A stretch of 64,000 nt of DNA from Bacteroidia bacterium (GTDB lineage: Bacteria; Bacteroidota; Bacteroidia; Bacteroidales; CAJPTX01): contig CAJPTC010000013.1 in NCBI GenBank assembly GCA_905373475.1, forward strand, positions 2,060-66,059, in the 5' to 3' direction. The notes beneath the pieces are model-generated. The model was not told the origin of the DNA. It did not search any database and saw nothing but the letters and a program-made list of their open reading frames with translations. The first letter of the stretch is position 1. Each line of letters begins with the position of its first letter. Shown here piece after piece: positions 42,047 to 50,992 of the stretch. A program made the position numbers and the translations under genes.

Positions 42047-44308
42047 ATGATGAGTATACGGAATATTTCGAGGGTAGCCCTCGTGTTGCTCTTACCCCTA
42101 CTGCTGGGCTGGAGTACAGATGCTAGCGCAGCTATGCGTACGATATTAAAGTTCGAGAAAGCACCCACTGGAGGAACTGTAAAGGTTGAGTGGCGAGGCT
42201 CTGAAAAAGACTCTTGGAAAGAGAAGCAACCAGGTGAAGATGTCCTGACAGCTGTTGAACTTAAAATTACGGCAACGGCTACTTCGGGTAAAGAATTTGA
42301 GAGCTTATTGGTGAACGGAAAGGATGTGACGAACAAAGTTACAACAACAGGAGCTGAAACTGTTTATGAATGCAAAGCTACGGGCGAAAAAGGTAAAGAC
42401 GAAGGAGGTAAAGGCGTTATGACCATCGTCGTCGCATTCAAGACGCCGGGGCAGGTAAATAAGCATAAGCTCACTTTTACAAACCCAGAGGGGGCAACGG
42501 TTAAGGTAACAGTGGATGGACAAGACAAACCGTCTGACTCTGAGATTGAGGCTGGTAAAGACCTCGTGATCTCCGTTGAGGTAACGGATAATACGCAACA
42601 AGTAAAATCCGTAAAACTGAATACGACAGAAGTTGCGAAAGATGGTGACAACTGGAAAGCTAAGATGCCTAATGAGGCGGCTACGCTTGTTGTAACATTA
42701 GAAGAAAAGCCAGCTGCTCAAAGCATGATTATGCTGGATGTACCCGAAGGTGTTGAACTGAAAATTGAAGATGTCTCTGAGGCTACGCCTAAGCCAGTTA
42801 TCCCAAATCAAACGAAGGTAATGGAAGGCACTGCACTCGAAATTACTGTAACGAAAAAACCTGAAGGCAAGCTCATCGATAAAGTTTTATTTGATAACGA
42901 GGAACTTGAGGAAGAAGGCGGTAAATATAAAGCCGACATGGAGGATCACGATGTAACGATAAAGGTTACATTGAAGCAGGATCCCGCAGCTCCAAAATAT
43001 GCCTTTACTTTTGCAGGTACAGCAGATTTCGATGTTACCGCTAAGAAAGGGACTGAGACTTTGACTTCGCCCGCTCAAGTTGCTGTAGGTGAAGATGTAA
43101 CTTTAACGATTACGCTCAAGGCAGGAGTTACGAAGAGCATTAAGAGTGTAAAGGTTGGCGATGTTGTTGCTAAGAAGGGTACAGCTGCTAACGAGTGGAT
43201 GTTTACAATGCCAGGTAAGGCTGCTGAGCTTGCTGTAGAACTTGTTGAGGCTGAGAAAACGCACAAAGTAACTTTCGCTGACGGAGAAGGATATACAATT
43301 GGTGTTACTAATATAAGTGGCGGTGCTCAATCTATTAACACTGGCGACAAGGTTGCAGAAGGAACTGAACTTTTGGCAGAGATCACAGTAACCAATCCCA
43401 AGAAAGAAGTTAAGGTAGTAAAGGCGAACACAACTGATGCTACTAAGGGGGCAGATGCCAACCACTGGACATTCACAATGGGCACGGAAGATATCACGCT
43501 AACGGTAGAGTTGCAAGATAAAACAACGCCTCAGCCAAGCGAAGGTAATGTGCTGACGATTGTTGCTAACGGCACGACCGTAAAAGTAATGAATGGTGCA
43601 ACCGAAATAAAGAGTGGCGACAAGGTGGCTAAGGATGTGAAGTTGACAGTTGAGGTGAGCAATATCCCTGCCGACAAAGAGATCGAAAAGGTTACGCTTA
43701 ACGAAGTCGAAATGACGTTGGTAGAGGGTAAGTATGAAGGTAATATGCCCGATGCAGCTGCTACATTGAAGGTTGTTTTGAAGGAAAAAGGAGCTCCTCA
43801 GCCAGGTGAAGGTAACCTGATTAAGGTAACAGCCAATGGTGCTACGGTTAAGATTATGGCAGGTACAACCGAAGTAAAGGCAGATACGAAAGTAAAAGCA
43901 GGTACAGATCTCGTGATTACGGTAACTGCTCCTGCAGGTAAGGTGATAGACAACGTTTCGTTCAATAATACGGTGGTCAAGCCCGAAGCCGACAAGAGCT
44001 ATAAGGTAAAAATGTCGGCTACTGAGGCTACGCTTGTTGTGAACCTGAAGAAAGCTGCTGCAGTAGAAGATGCTGTATTGGCAGGGGTAGTTGCTTACCC
44101 GAACCCAATGGTTCGCGAGTTGGTAGTAAGCAATCTCGCTGAAGTAGAAAACGTGGCATTGGTGGATGCACAGGGTGTTGTTGTACGCACTGTAAAACCC
44201 AATGGTGCAAGTGAGTTGCGTCTTGCAGTAGAAGACCTCTCTGCAGGTGTCTATATGCTCGTGGTAGAGCGTAATGGTGTTCGCAAAGCGATTCGTATCG
44301 TGAAGTAA
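42047..44308 (+). CDS. Repetitive surface protein (7 x ~85-90-aa divergent InlB-B-like modules) with T9SS C-terminal sorting domain
   Basis: ATG 42047 gives MMSIRNISRVALVLLLPLLLGWSTDASA. Seven modules share the pattern (K/N)hTF/V..G..V.V......I..G.KV..G..L.I.V......I..V.hN...h......Y...M....ATL.V.L. Some modules are joined by PQP(S/G)EGN linkers. The CTD reads VAYPNPM..GVYMLVV..KAIRIVK. Confidence 0.8.
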   Translation: MMSIRNISRVALVLLLPLLLGWSTDASAAMRTILKFEKAPTGGTVKVEWRGSEKDSWKEKQPGEDVLTAVELKITATATSGKEFESLLVNGKDVTNKVTTTGAETVYECKATGEKGKDEGGKGVMTIVVAFKTPGQVNKHKLTFTNPEGATVKVTVDGQDKPSDSEIEAGKDLVISVEVTDNTQQVKSVKLNTTEVAKDGDNWKAKMPNEAATLVVTLEEKPAAQSMIMLDVPEGVELKIEDVSEATPKPVIPNQTKVMEGTALEITVTKKPEGKLIDKVLFDNEELEEEGGKYKADMEDHDVTIKVTLKQDPAAPKYAFTFAGTADFDVTAKKGTETLTSPAQVAVGEDVTLTITLKAGVTKSIKSVKVGDVVAKKGTAANEWMFTMPGKAAELAVELVEAEKTHKVTFADGEGYTIGVTNISGGAQSINTGDKVAEGTELLAEITVTNPKKEVKVVKANTTDATKGADANHWTFTMGTEDITLTVELQDKTTPQPSEGNVLTIVANGTTVKVMNGATEIKSGDKVAKDVKLTVEVSNIPADKEIEKVTLNEVEMTLVEGKYEGNMPDAAATLKVVLKEKGAPQPGEGNLIKVTANGATVKIMAGTTEVKADTKVKAGTDLVITVTAPAGKVIDNVSFNNTVVKPEADKSYKVKMSATEATLVVNLKKAAAVEDAVLAGVVAYPNPMVRELVVSNLAEVENVALVDAQGVVVRTVKPNGASELRLAVEDLSAGVYMLVVERNGVRKAIRIVK

Positions 44309-44334
44309 GGTTGTAGTTCTCTGATCGAATTGAT

Positions 44335-44365
44335 AGGAGCGTCCTAAATAGGGCGCTCCTTTTTT
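44335..44365 (+). terminator. Putative intrinsic terminator
   Basis: AGGAGCG-TCCTAAATAGGG-CGCTCCT hairpin followed by TTTTT. Confidence 0.6.
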
Positions 44366-44408
44366 GTACAGACTCATTTCTTCAATTCGGCTAGGGCTTT
44401 TTTATTCC

Positions 44409-44416
44409 TACTTTTG
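44409..44416 (+). promoter_or_regulatory. Candidate -7 promoter box (TAnnTTTG) for glyQS
   Basis: TACTTTTG lies 22 nt upstream of ATG 44438 and overlaps the TTG at 44414 used by the ORF track. Confidence 0.45.
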
Positions 44417-44437
44417 CAACGTAAAAACACGAAGAAT

Positions 44438-45988
44438 ATGGCACAAGAGGAGCTGTTCAAGAGCCTAGTGGCTCATTGCAAAGAATATGGTTTTATCTTC
44501 CAGAGTAGCGAAATATACGACGGTCTGGGTGCTGTTTATGACTATGGGCAGTATGGCACTGAGCTGAAACTGAACGTGCGTCGTTACTGGTGGGAGGCTA
44601 TGACCCGACTGCACGAGAATATAGTGGGTCTTGATTCTGCAATTTTTATGCATCCAAAGGTATGGGAGGCATCTGGTCACCTCAGTGCTTTCAATGACCC
44701 GTTGATTGATAATCGCGATAGCAAGAAACGCTACCGTGCCGATGTCTTGGTGGAAGACTGGATGGCGAAGCAGGAAGAAAAGATTGAGAAAGAGGTGGCT
44801 AAAGCTGCAAAACGTTTTGGCGAAGCCTTTGACCGTAAGCAGTTTGTAACTACCAATGCTCGTGTCGTAGAATGGCAAAAAGCTATCGACACGGCTCGTG
44901 CTCGCATGATAGATGCTATGGAGCGTAACGATCTGGCAGCGTTTGGAAAACTGATAGAAGACCTCGAGATTGCATGCCCCATCTCTGGTACTCGCAATTG
45001 GACCGAGGTGCGTCAGTTCAATCTTATGTTTGCAACAAAACTGGGTTCAGTGAGCGACGATACAAGTGAACTCTACTTACGCCCTGAGACGGCACAGGGG
45101 ATATTTGTGAACTTCTTAAATGTGCAGAAGACGGGACGCATGCGTATACCGTTTGGGATTGCACAGGTGGGAAAAGCTTTTCGCAATGAGATTGTTGCGC
45201 GCCAGTTTACTTTCCGTATGCGTGAGTTTGAGCAAATGGAAATGCAGTATTTCGTAGCGCCTGGTACGGAAATGGAGTGGTTCGAGTATTGGAAACAGCA
45301 CAGATTGCGTTGGCATTTGGCGCTTGGACTGGGGCAGGACAATTATCGTTATCATCCGCACGACAAACTAGCTCATTACGCGAATGCAGCTTGCGATATA
45401 GAATACAAATTCCCGTTTGGTTTTAAGGAGGTTGAAGGTATTCATTCGCGCACAGACTTCGATCTGTCGAACCACCAACGAGTATCAGGTAAAAAGATCC
45501 AGTACTTTGACCCTGAAAAGAACGAGAGTTATGTCCCCTACGTGGTAGAGACTTCCATAGGTCTCGATCGTGCCGTTCTAACGCTTCTATCGGGCTCGTA
45601 CGAAGAGGAAAGAATTGCGGGCGAAGGTGGGAAAGAAGATCTCCGAAAAGTATTGCACCTTCCTGCGACCATGGCACCCATAAAAGTGGCAGTCCTACCG
45701 CTTGTCCGTAAAGATGGAATGCCTGAGTACGCTCAAAAGATTGTAGAAGACCTGAAGTGGCGTATGGCGTGCTACTACGAGGAAAAGGATACGGTCGGTA
45801 AGCGCTATCGTCGTCAAGATGCCATTGGTACGCCTTTCTGCGTAACAGTAGACAACCAAACGCTGACAGATGGTACTGTAACAGTACGCGAACGTGATAC
45901 TATGCGGCAAGAAAGGGTAGACGCGTCGCGGCTAGGAGAACTATTAGAACCCAAGGTGGCACTGGAACCTCTTCTTCGTTCGTTGTAG
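44438..45988 (+). CDS. glyQS: Glycine--tRNA ligase (class II, alpha2 type)
   Basis: MAQEELFKSLVAHCKEYGFIFQSSEIYDGLGAVYDYG.., RPETAQGIFVNF and GKAFRNEIVARQFTFRMREFEQMEMQYF. The anticodon-binding domain reads KVAVLPL..RRQDAIGTPFCVTVD. Confidence 0.9.
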   Translation: MAQEELFKSLVAHCKEYGFIFQSSEIYDGLGAVYDYGQYGTELKLNVRRYWWEAMTRLHENIVGLDSAIFMHPKVWEASGHLSAFNDPLIDNRDSKKRYRADVLVEDWMAKQEEKIEKEVAKAAKRFGEAFDRKQFVTTNARVVEWQKAIDTARARMIDAMERNDLAAFGKLIEDLEIACPISGTRNWTEVRQFNLMFATKLGSVSDDTSELYLRPETAQGIFVNFLNVQKTGRMRIPFGIAQVGKAFRNEIVARQFTFRMREFEQMEMQYFVAPGTEMEWFEYWKQHRLRWHLALGLGQDNYRYHPHDKLAHYANAACDIEYKFPFGFKEVEGIHSRTDFDLSNHQRVSGKKIQYFDPEKNESYVPYVVETSIGLDRAVLTLLSGSYEEERIAGEGGKEDLRKVLHLPATMAPIKVAVLPLVRKDGMPEYAQKIVEDLKWRMACYYEEKDTVGKRYRRQDAIGTPFCVTVDNQTLTDGTVTVRERDTMRQERVDASRLGELLEPKVALEPLLRSL

Positions 45989-46009
45989 ATTGTAGAGCAT
46001 TTCAAAAGT

Positions 46010-46042
46010 CGTATTCGTTGGTAAGACGGATGCGGCTTTTTT
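46010..46042. terminator. Putative terminator between convergent genes
   Basis: CGTATTCGT-TGGTAAG-ACGGATGCG (9 bp including 2 G-U pairs) followed by GCTTTTTT. It sits between the glyQS stop and the stop of the minus-strand gene at 46045. Confidence 0.5.
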
Positions 46043-46044
46043 GT

Positions 46045-46986
46045 TTATAGTCCAAACAGTTTGTTACCCCAATCTACCCACCGAAAGGGACGATAAAAAC
46101 GGAATATCCGATACGTATATGCAATTTCGGCGGTTGTAGTACTTACAAAATAGCGCTGCGTTTCGTTCTGTCCGAACCCTAAGGCGTGATAGTAGAGTAC
46201 AAAAGCCAAGCTCCACTCTCGCCGTGTATACCCTATTGCGGTACGTACCTCGAGCGAATAGCTGGGCTTGAAGAGAGATTCGCGATTAAGTGCTTGCGTA
46301 AGCCCGAATATCCCTTCGCCTGCTGCGAAATAGTATTTTGCCCAAGGTACTATAAAAGCTACGCCTCCGTAGATTTCGCACAGATAACTATTCTTTTGCT
46401 GTATCTCGATACGAGGTTGGGTAGACAGTACATTCTGGTAGTAAAAACCTAGCCCTACGGGGAAACAAAAGGCTGTTTGCGCTTGTTGTTCGCTCTGTTC
46501 AAAAGCGGCAGCATAAGATAAATTCTCGCCCATTGCAGGGTAGGAGGCGCGTACACCTACGCGAGTAATATGAGAATTGGAGTGAAAAACGACAGTCCCC
46601 TCCTCATTACGACTATAGAGCCCTTTGTAGGTAAAGGCATAGAGGTCGCCTACCAGATATTGACCATAGTAGTGATACTGGAAATCTAGAAACTGACTCG
46701 GAGCCGCCTCCTTCAATTCTGTATGTGGAATTCCGATCGAGAACCCAAGTCCAAATTTTCGCCACCATATACCTAACCCTACAGAGAGTGGCGTATTAGA
46801 GCGGTAGGAGTTGCTCGAAAGATCATTCTTGTTTTGTACCTCCAACGCTGTAAAATTGCTACGAAGGTAAGGGTGAATAGTAAGGCGTTCGCCGTAGTTG
46901 TATACGAACGAAGAATCGCGTTCTATTGCATACGAGAGCAAGTTCGCTCCGCCCAACAGCAGTATGCAAAGAATAACTAAACGCAT
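46045..46986 (-). CDS. Hypothetical exported protein, beta-strand-rich (possible small outer-membrane barrel)
   Basis: 313-aa ORF with signal-like N-terminus MRLVILCILLLGGANLLSYA. It shows alternating aromatic/Gly-rich segments (GLGIWWRKFGLGFSIG, FLDFQYHYYGQYLVGDLYAFTYKGLY, VGLGFYYQN). It lies 5 nt downstream of the symporter gene, so the two are probably an operon. No family was confidently recognised. Confidence 0.6.
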   Translation of the reverse strand: MRLVILCILLLGGANLLSYAIERDSSFVYNYGERLTIHPYLRSNFTALEVQNKNDLSSNSYRSNTPLSVGLGIWWRKFGLGFSIGIPHTELKEAAPSQFLDFQYHYYGQYLVGDLYAFTYKGLYSRNEEGTVVFHSNSHITRVGVRASYPAMGENLSYAAAFEQSEQQAQTAFCFPVGLGFYYQNVLSTQPRIEIQQKNSYLCEIYGGVAFIVPWAKYYFAAGEGIFGLTQALNRESLFKPSYSLEVRTAIGYTRREWSLAFVLYYHALGFGQNETQRYFVSTTTAEIAYTYRIFRFYRPFRWVDWGNKLFGL

Positions 46987-46991
46987 CTGTT

Positions 46992-48440
46992 TTACGCTAT
47001 GTGAACCGGCTTACGCAGCAGAAGCAGTACTGCAAAAGTGAGTACTGCATTCGCGATGAGCAATTCGTAGCCCATGGTATATCCCCATTGCATTAACATA
47101 AACCGACTGAGGGCATAGCTGAGCAATGGACCGCAGATGGCTGCTAGAGGGGCAAGCTGATCGCGGATTCGCCAGCGTGTGAAAAGTCCGAAGACAAAGA
47201 AGCCTAAAAGTGGTCCATAGAGATAGCCTACGGCGGTAAACAGTGCACCAATGATACTCCCTTCGTTCAACCAGCGGAAGCCAAGAATAAGAAGCAGGAT
47301 CAGGAAAGAAAGACTCAGATGTACAATGTGCCGTATGCGTACAGCGTGCTTTGCATTGCTTGGAATGTTCAGTATATCGATGGTAAACGAAGTGGTGAGC
47401 GCAGTGAGCGCCGAATCGGCAGAAGAAAAGGTGGCGGCAATAATTCCTAAGGTGAAAAGTACGCCGACAATAGGGGGCAGCATGCCGCCTGTTGCTAGGT
47501 TCGGATATAGCTCATCGCCTTTTGTAGGGAGTGGCAAACCTTGTTTTTGGAGAAAAAGCGCTAGGAGTACTCCTAAAGCTAAAAGAATAAGATTAATAGG
47601 GATAAACCCATAGCCATAGACAATCATGTTCTTTTGGGCATCTCTAAGCGTTTTACAGCCTAAATTCTTTTGCATCATATCTTGGTCAAGTCCTGTCATT
47701 ACAATTGGGATAAATGCCCCCGCAACGAACATCTTCAAAAAATGAGAAGGACTTTTCCAGTCGCTCCACTCAAAGATTTCGGAAAAGGGACTCGCTGTAA
47801 TTTGTGTAACCATATCGCTAAAACTAAAATCAAGCGCCTGTGCTACATAAAAGACGGTGAGAATGAGGACTAGAATCATTACGCTCGTTTGAAAAATATC
47901 TGTCCATATAATAGTTTGTATTCCCGCACGATAAGTGTAGAGCCATATTAAGAAAAGAGTAATAACGATGGTAAGAGTGAAGGGAATACCCCACTGCTCG
48001 AAAATAAGCGCATGAAGCACTGAGGCTACTACGTAAAGACGTAGAGAAGCAATAACGGTACGGTTTATGAGAAAGAGTGCAGCACTCGTTTTATAGCTCA
48101 CCCGCCCCAAACGTTCCTGAAGATAGCTATAGATGCTTGGGCGTTTAAGACGATAGTATACGGGTAGGAGGATATAAGCAATGGCATAGTACCCCAAAAC
48201 ATAGCCCAGTACCATCTGCATGTAGTGAAATTGCGTAGTAAGTACCCAACCTGGAACCGAAATAACCGAGATACCAGAAAGCGATACCCCTAGCATGCCA
48301 AAAGCGATCATTGGCCACGAGGCTGTACGTTTGCCGAGAAAGAAGGCGTCTGGGGTGGTTCGCCTACTGGTTATGTAGGCAATGAGTAGGAGAATTGCGA
48401 AATAAATGAATAGTAGAATTGCTGTGACCGTAGGGCTCAT
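46992..48440 (-). CDS. Sodium:solute symporter (SSS) family transporter
   Basis: 482 aa and highly hydrophobic, with ~12-13 TM segments. The N-terminal SSS pattern reads DAFFLGKRTASWPMIAFGMLGVSLSGISVISVPG. Confidence 0.8.
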   Translation of the reverse strand: MSPTVTAILLFIYFAILLLIAYITSRRTTPDAFFLGKRTASWPMIAFGMLGVSLSGISVISVPGWVLTTQFHYMQMVLGYVLGYYAIAYILLPVYYRLKRPSIYSYLQERLGRVSYKTSAALFLINRTVIASLRLYVVASVLHALIFEQWGIPFTLTIVITLFLIWLYTYRAGIQTIIWTDIFQTSVMILVLILTVFYVAQALDFSFSDMVTQITASPFSEIFEWSDWKSPSHFLKMFVAGAFIPIVMTGLDQDMMQKNLGCKTLRDAQKNMIVYGYGFIPINLILLALGVLLALFLQKQGLPLPTKGDELYPNLATGGMLPPIVGVLFTLGIIAATFSSADSALTALTTSFTIDILNIPSNAKHAVRIRHIVHLSLSFLILLLILGFRWLNEGSIIGALFTAVGYLYGPLLGFFVFGLFTRWRIRDQLAPLAAICGPLLSYALSRFMLMQWGYTMGYELLIANAVLTFAVLLLLRKPVHIA

Positions 48441-48459
48441 GAGCTTCGTTTTTGCTTGG

Positions 48460-48467
48460 CAAAATTA
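48460..48467 (-). promoter_or_regulatory. Candidate -7 promoter box (TAnnTTTG) for the symporter operon
   Basis: The minus strand reads TAATTTTG, ~20 nt upstream of ATG 48440. Confidence 0.4.
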
Positions 48468-48744
48468 GAAATTCGATGTGGGCGGTGTGAGCTGCAGAAG
48501 CAGAAAATGCTTAAATCGAATGCCGAACGGGAATGAAGTCTAGCTTCTTGTGTCAAGCGTTAGGATATGAATGCTGTATTGTTCTTATGTATAACAACCT
48601 CGCATAAAGCTTTAAGTGGAAGCTAGGAATCATTTTTTTAGGGCTGAACCCTTAACATTCGTTGATGAGAATACGTATACACACACAGCAGCATAAGAAG
48701 AGAATATAGATGCCCGATGGCTCGTTTTAATAGTCATATACAGA

Positions 48745-50859
48745 ATGAAACAAAAAATCTTTCTTGCAATGCTCTCGGCAACCGCCTTGCTTGGTAGTGC
48801 CTGTAGTAGCGGTTTGCAGTATCCTGAGACTGTACGCGAGGACGTAAAGGACTCGTATTTTGGGGTTGAAGTTGCAGACCCTTATCGTTGGCTCGAGAAT
48901 GATACTACAAAGCGTGTTGCACAGTGGGTAGAGGCAGAGAACGCCTTAACGAACGCTTATTTGGCAAAAATCCCGTTTCGTGGACAGTTGCAGCAGCGCA
49001 TCAGCGAATTGTTCAACTTCGATGTAGAGTCAGTGCCCTCCTATTCGGGGCGCTATTATACCTACTTCCGCAAAGAGGGACTGAGCAACCAAAGTGTGCT
49101 CTATGTTAAGGATTCGCTCAACGGAGAAGAACGCGTTTTGCTAGACCCCAATAAGTTATCTACGGATGGGACAGTGGCGCTTTCCTCAACATCGATATCT
49201 AACGATTCGAAGTATCTGGCGTATGCCATCGCCGATGCTGGTTCTGATTGGAATACAATTTATGTGCTAGATATAGCAACGGGAGAAAAACTGGCAGACG
49301 AGCTGCGTTGGGTAAAATTCTCATCCATTGCATGGCGCGGCGACGGCTTCTACTATAGCCGATACAATGCGCCCGAAGCAGGTAAAGAGTTGAGTAATAT
49401 CAATGAGTTTCATAGGCTTTACTTCCATAAGCTCGGCGACACGCAGGACAAGGATGTGCTCGTCTATGAAAATAAGCAAGCACCCTTACGCAACGTATTT
49501 GGCGTTACTACAGACGATGAGAATTACCTCTTCATCGGTGAAACCGAATCTACCGAAGGGAATACGCTCTATGTGAAAGATTTGCGTTCTAATGATGCGC
49601 TGACCCAGTTGGTAGATGGATTTGAATATTCCTATTCGCTTGTAGGCAATGTGGGGGCAGATGCATACTTCATTACCAACGACCAAGCGCCCCGTTACCG
49701 CCTTATCAAGATTAACCTGAAGAATCCGAGCAGGGAGAATTGGGTGGATGTAATTCCAGAGCAAGAGTCTGTGCTGACGTCTGTGACTATGGCAGGTGGC
49801 AAACTTGCCGCCACATTTATGGTAGATGCTGCTTCGCGCCTAGCTATATACTCCCTTGAAGGGACAAAAGTTCGCGATATTGATTTGGGAGTATTCGGTA
49901 CTGTAGGCGGTGTTTCTGGGCGTATGCAAGACTCGGTTATGTTCTACAACTTCTCTTCTTTTACCGTCCCTTCAGTTGTTTATTCCTGCAATGTAAATAC
50001 TGGGGCTACCGAAGAATTTTTCCGCCCGAAGTTCGATTTCGATTTTTCAAAGTATACAGTAGAGCAACAGTTCTATGCAAGCAAGGATGGCACGAAGATC
50101 CCCATCTTTATAGTACATAGAGCAGATTTGCAAAAGGATGGTAAGAATCCGACGCTCTTGTACGGATATGGAGGATTTAATATTAGTCTTACCCCTTGGT
50201 TTAGTACTTCGCGTCTTGCATGGCTAGAGCAGGGCGGGGTTTATGCCATAGCTAATTTGCGAGGTGGTGGCGAATACGGCGAGAGCTGGCATCAGGCGGG
50301 TACGAAGTTGAATAAACAGAACGTGTTTGATGACTTTATTGCGGCAGCAGAATACTTGATTGCCGAAAAGTATACTTCCTCCAAAATGCTCGCAATTCAA
50401 GGTGGGTCTAATGGAGGCTTGCTAATAGGCGCAGTAACCAACCAGCGCCCAGACCTCTTTCGTGTAGCAGTTCCGCAAGTTGGTGTAATGGATATGCTTC
50501 GTTATCAAAAGTTCACGATCGGTTGGGCTTGGGCTGGCGACTATGGGACTAGCGAAGACTCCGAGGAGAGCTTCAAGTATCTGTATGCCTATTCGCCACT
50601 CCACAATATCCGCACAGACGTTCAGTATCCTGCCGTCTTGGTAATGACTGGCGACCACGATGATCGTGTAGTGCCTGCCCACTCGTTCAAGTATATAGCC
50701 GAGTTGCAGTACAAGCAACCGAAAGGTGCTCCTAAGTTGGTGCGTATTGAAACGCGTGCTGGGCATGGCGCAGGTAAGCCTACGTCATTAGCAATCGCCG
50801 AGTTGGCAGACATGTACGCCTTCATGTTCTACAACATGGATTTTACTCCTAAATTTTAG
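48745..50859 (+). CDS. Prolyl oligopeptidase (peptidase S9A)
   Basis: Lipoprotein-type signal (LLGSAC). The N-terminal region has DPYRWLEND and a propeller segment. The catalytic motifs are GGSNGGLLIGAV (Ser), TGDHDDRVVPAHS (Asp) and RAGHGAGKP (His). Confidence 0.9.
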   Translation: MKQKIFLAMLSATALLGSACSSGLQYPETVREDVKDSYFGVEVADPYRWLENDTTKRVAQWVEAENALTNAYLAKIPFRGQLQQRISELFNFDVESVPSYSGRYYTYFRKEGLSNQSVLYVKDSLNGEERVLLDPNKLSTDGTVALSSTSISNDSKYLAYAIADAGSDWNTIYVLDIATGEKLADELRWVKFSSIAWRGDGFYYSRYNAPEAGKELSNINEFHRLYFHKLGDTQDKDVLVYENKQAPLRNVFGVTTDDENYLFIGETESTEGNTLYVKDLRSNDALTQLVDGFEYSYSLVGNVGADAYFITNDQAPRYRLIKINLKNPSRENWVDVIPEQESVLTSVTMAGGKLAATFMVDAASRLAIYSLEGTKVRDIDLGVFGTVGGVSGRMQDSVMFYNFSSFTVPSVVYSCNVNTGATEEFFRPKFDFDFSKYTVEQQFYASKDGTKIPIFIVHRADLQKDGKNPTLLYGYGGFNISLTPWFSTSRLAWLEQGGVYAIANLRGGGEYGESWHQAGTKLNKQNVFDDFIAAAEYLIAEKYTSSKMLAIQGGSNGGLLIGAVTNQRPDLFRVAVPQVGVMDMLRYQKFTIGWAWAGDYGTSEDSEESFKYLYAYSPLHNIRTDVQYPAVLVMTGDHDDRVVPAHSFKYIAELQYKQPKGAPKLVRIETRAGHGAGKPTSLAIAELADMYAFMFYNMDFTPKF

Positions 50860-50933
50860 ATAGAAAGGCGTAGAGATTATATCTCTTAACGACCTGAAAA
50901 ATAAGACCAAAGGCATAGGATTGTACGGAAACT

Positions 50934-50952
50934 TAAATTTGTATTAGATTTG
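50934..50952 (+). promoter_or_regulatory. Two adjacent candidate -7 boxes (TAAATTTG, TAGATTTG)
   Basis: TAAATTTG lies at 50934-50941 and TAGATTTG at 50945-50952, 40-52 nt upstream of ATG 50993. Confidence 0.4.
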
Positions 50953-50992
50953 CAATTGTTTACGATTGTTGGTTGAATGCATAAACCCAAAG

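Noticed and set aside
43499-44377. 292-aa minus-strand ORF, plus 40047-40658 (-) and 3744-4316 (-)
   Set aside because: They are antisense to well-supported T9SS cargo genes. Their composition is odd (Cys/His/Tyr/Phe-rich), they have no motifs, and there is no independent promoter or terminator context.
50860-50905. Weak hairpin AGAGAT-TAT-ATCTCT after the prolyl oligopeptidase gene as a terminator
   Set aside because: The stem is only 6 bp and AT-rich, and no T-tract follows. This is insufficient support.
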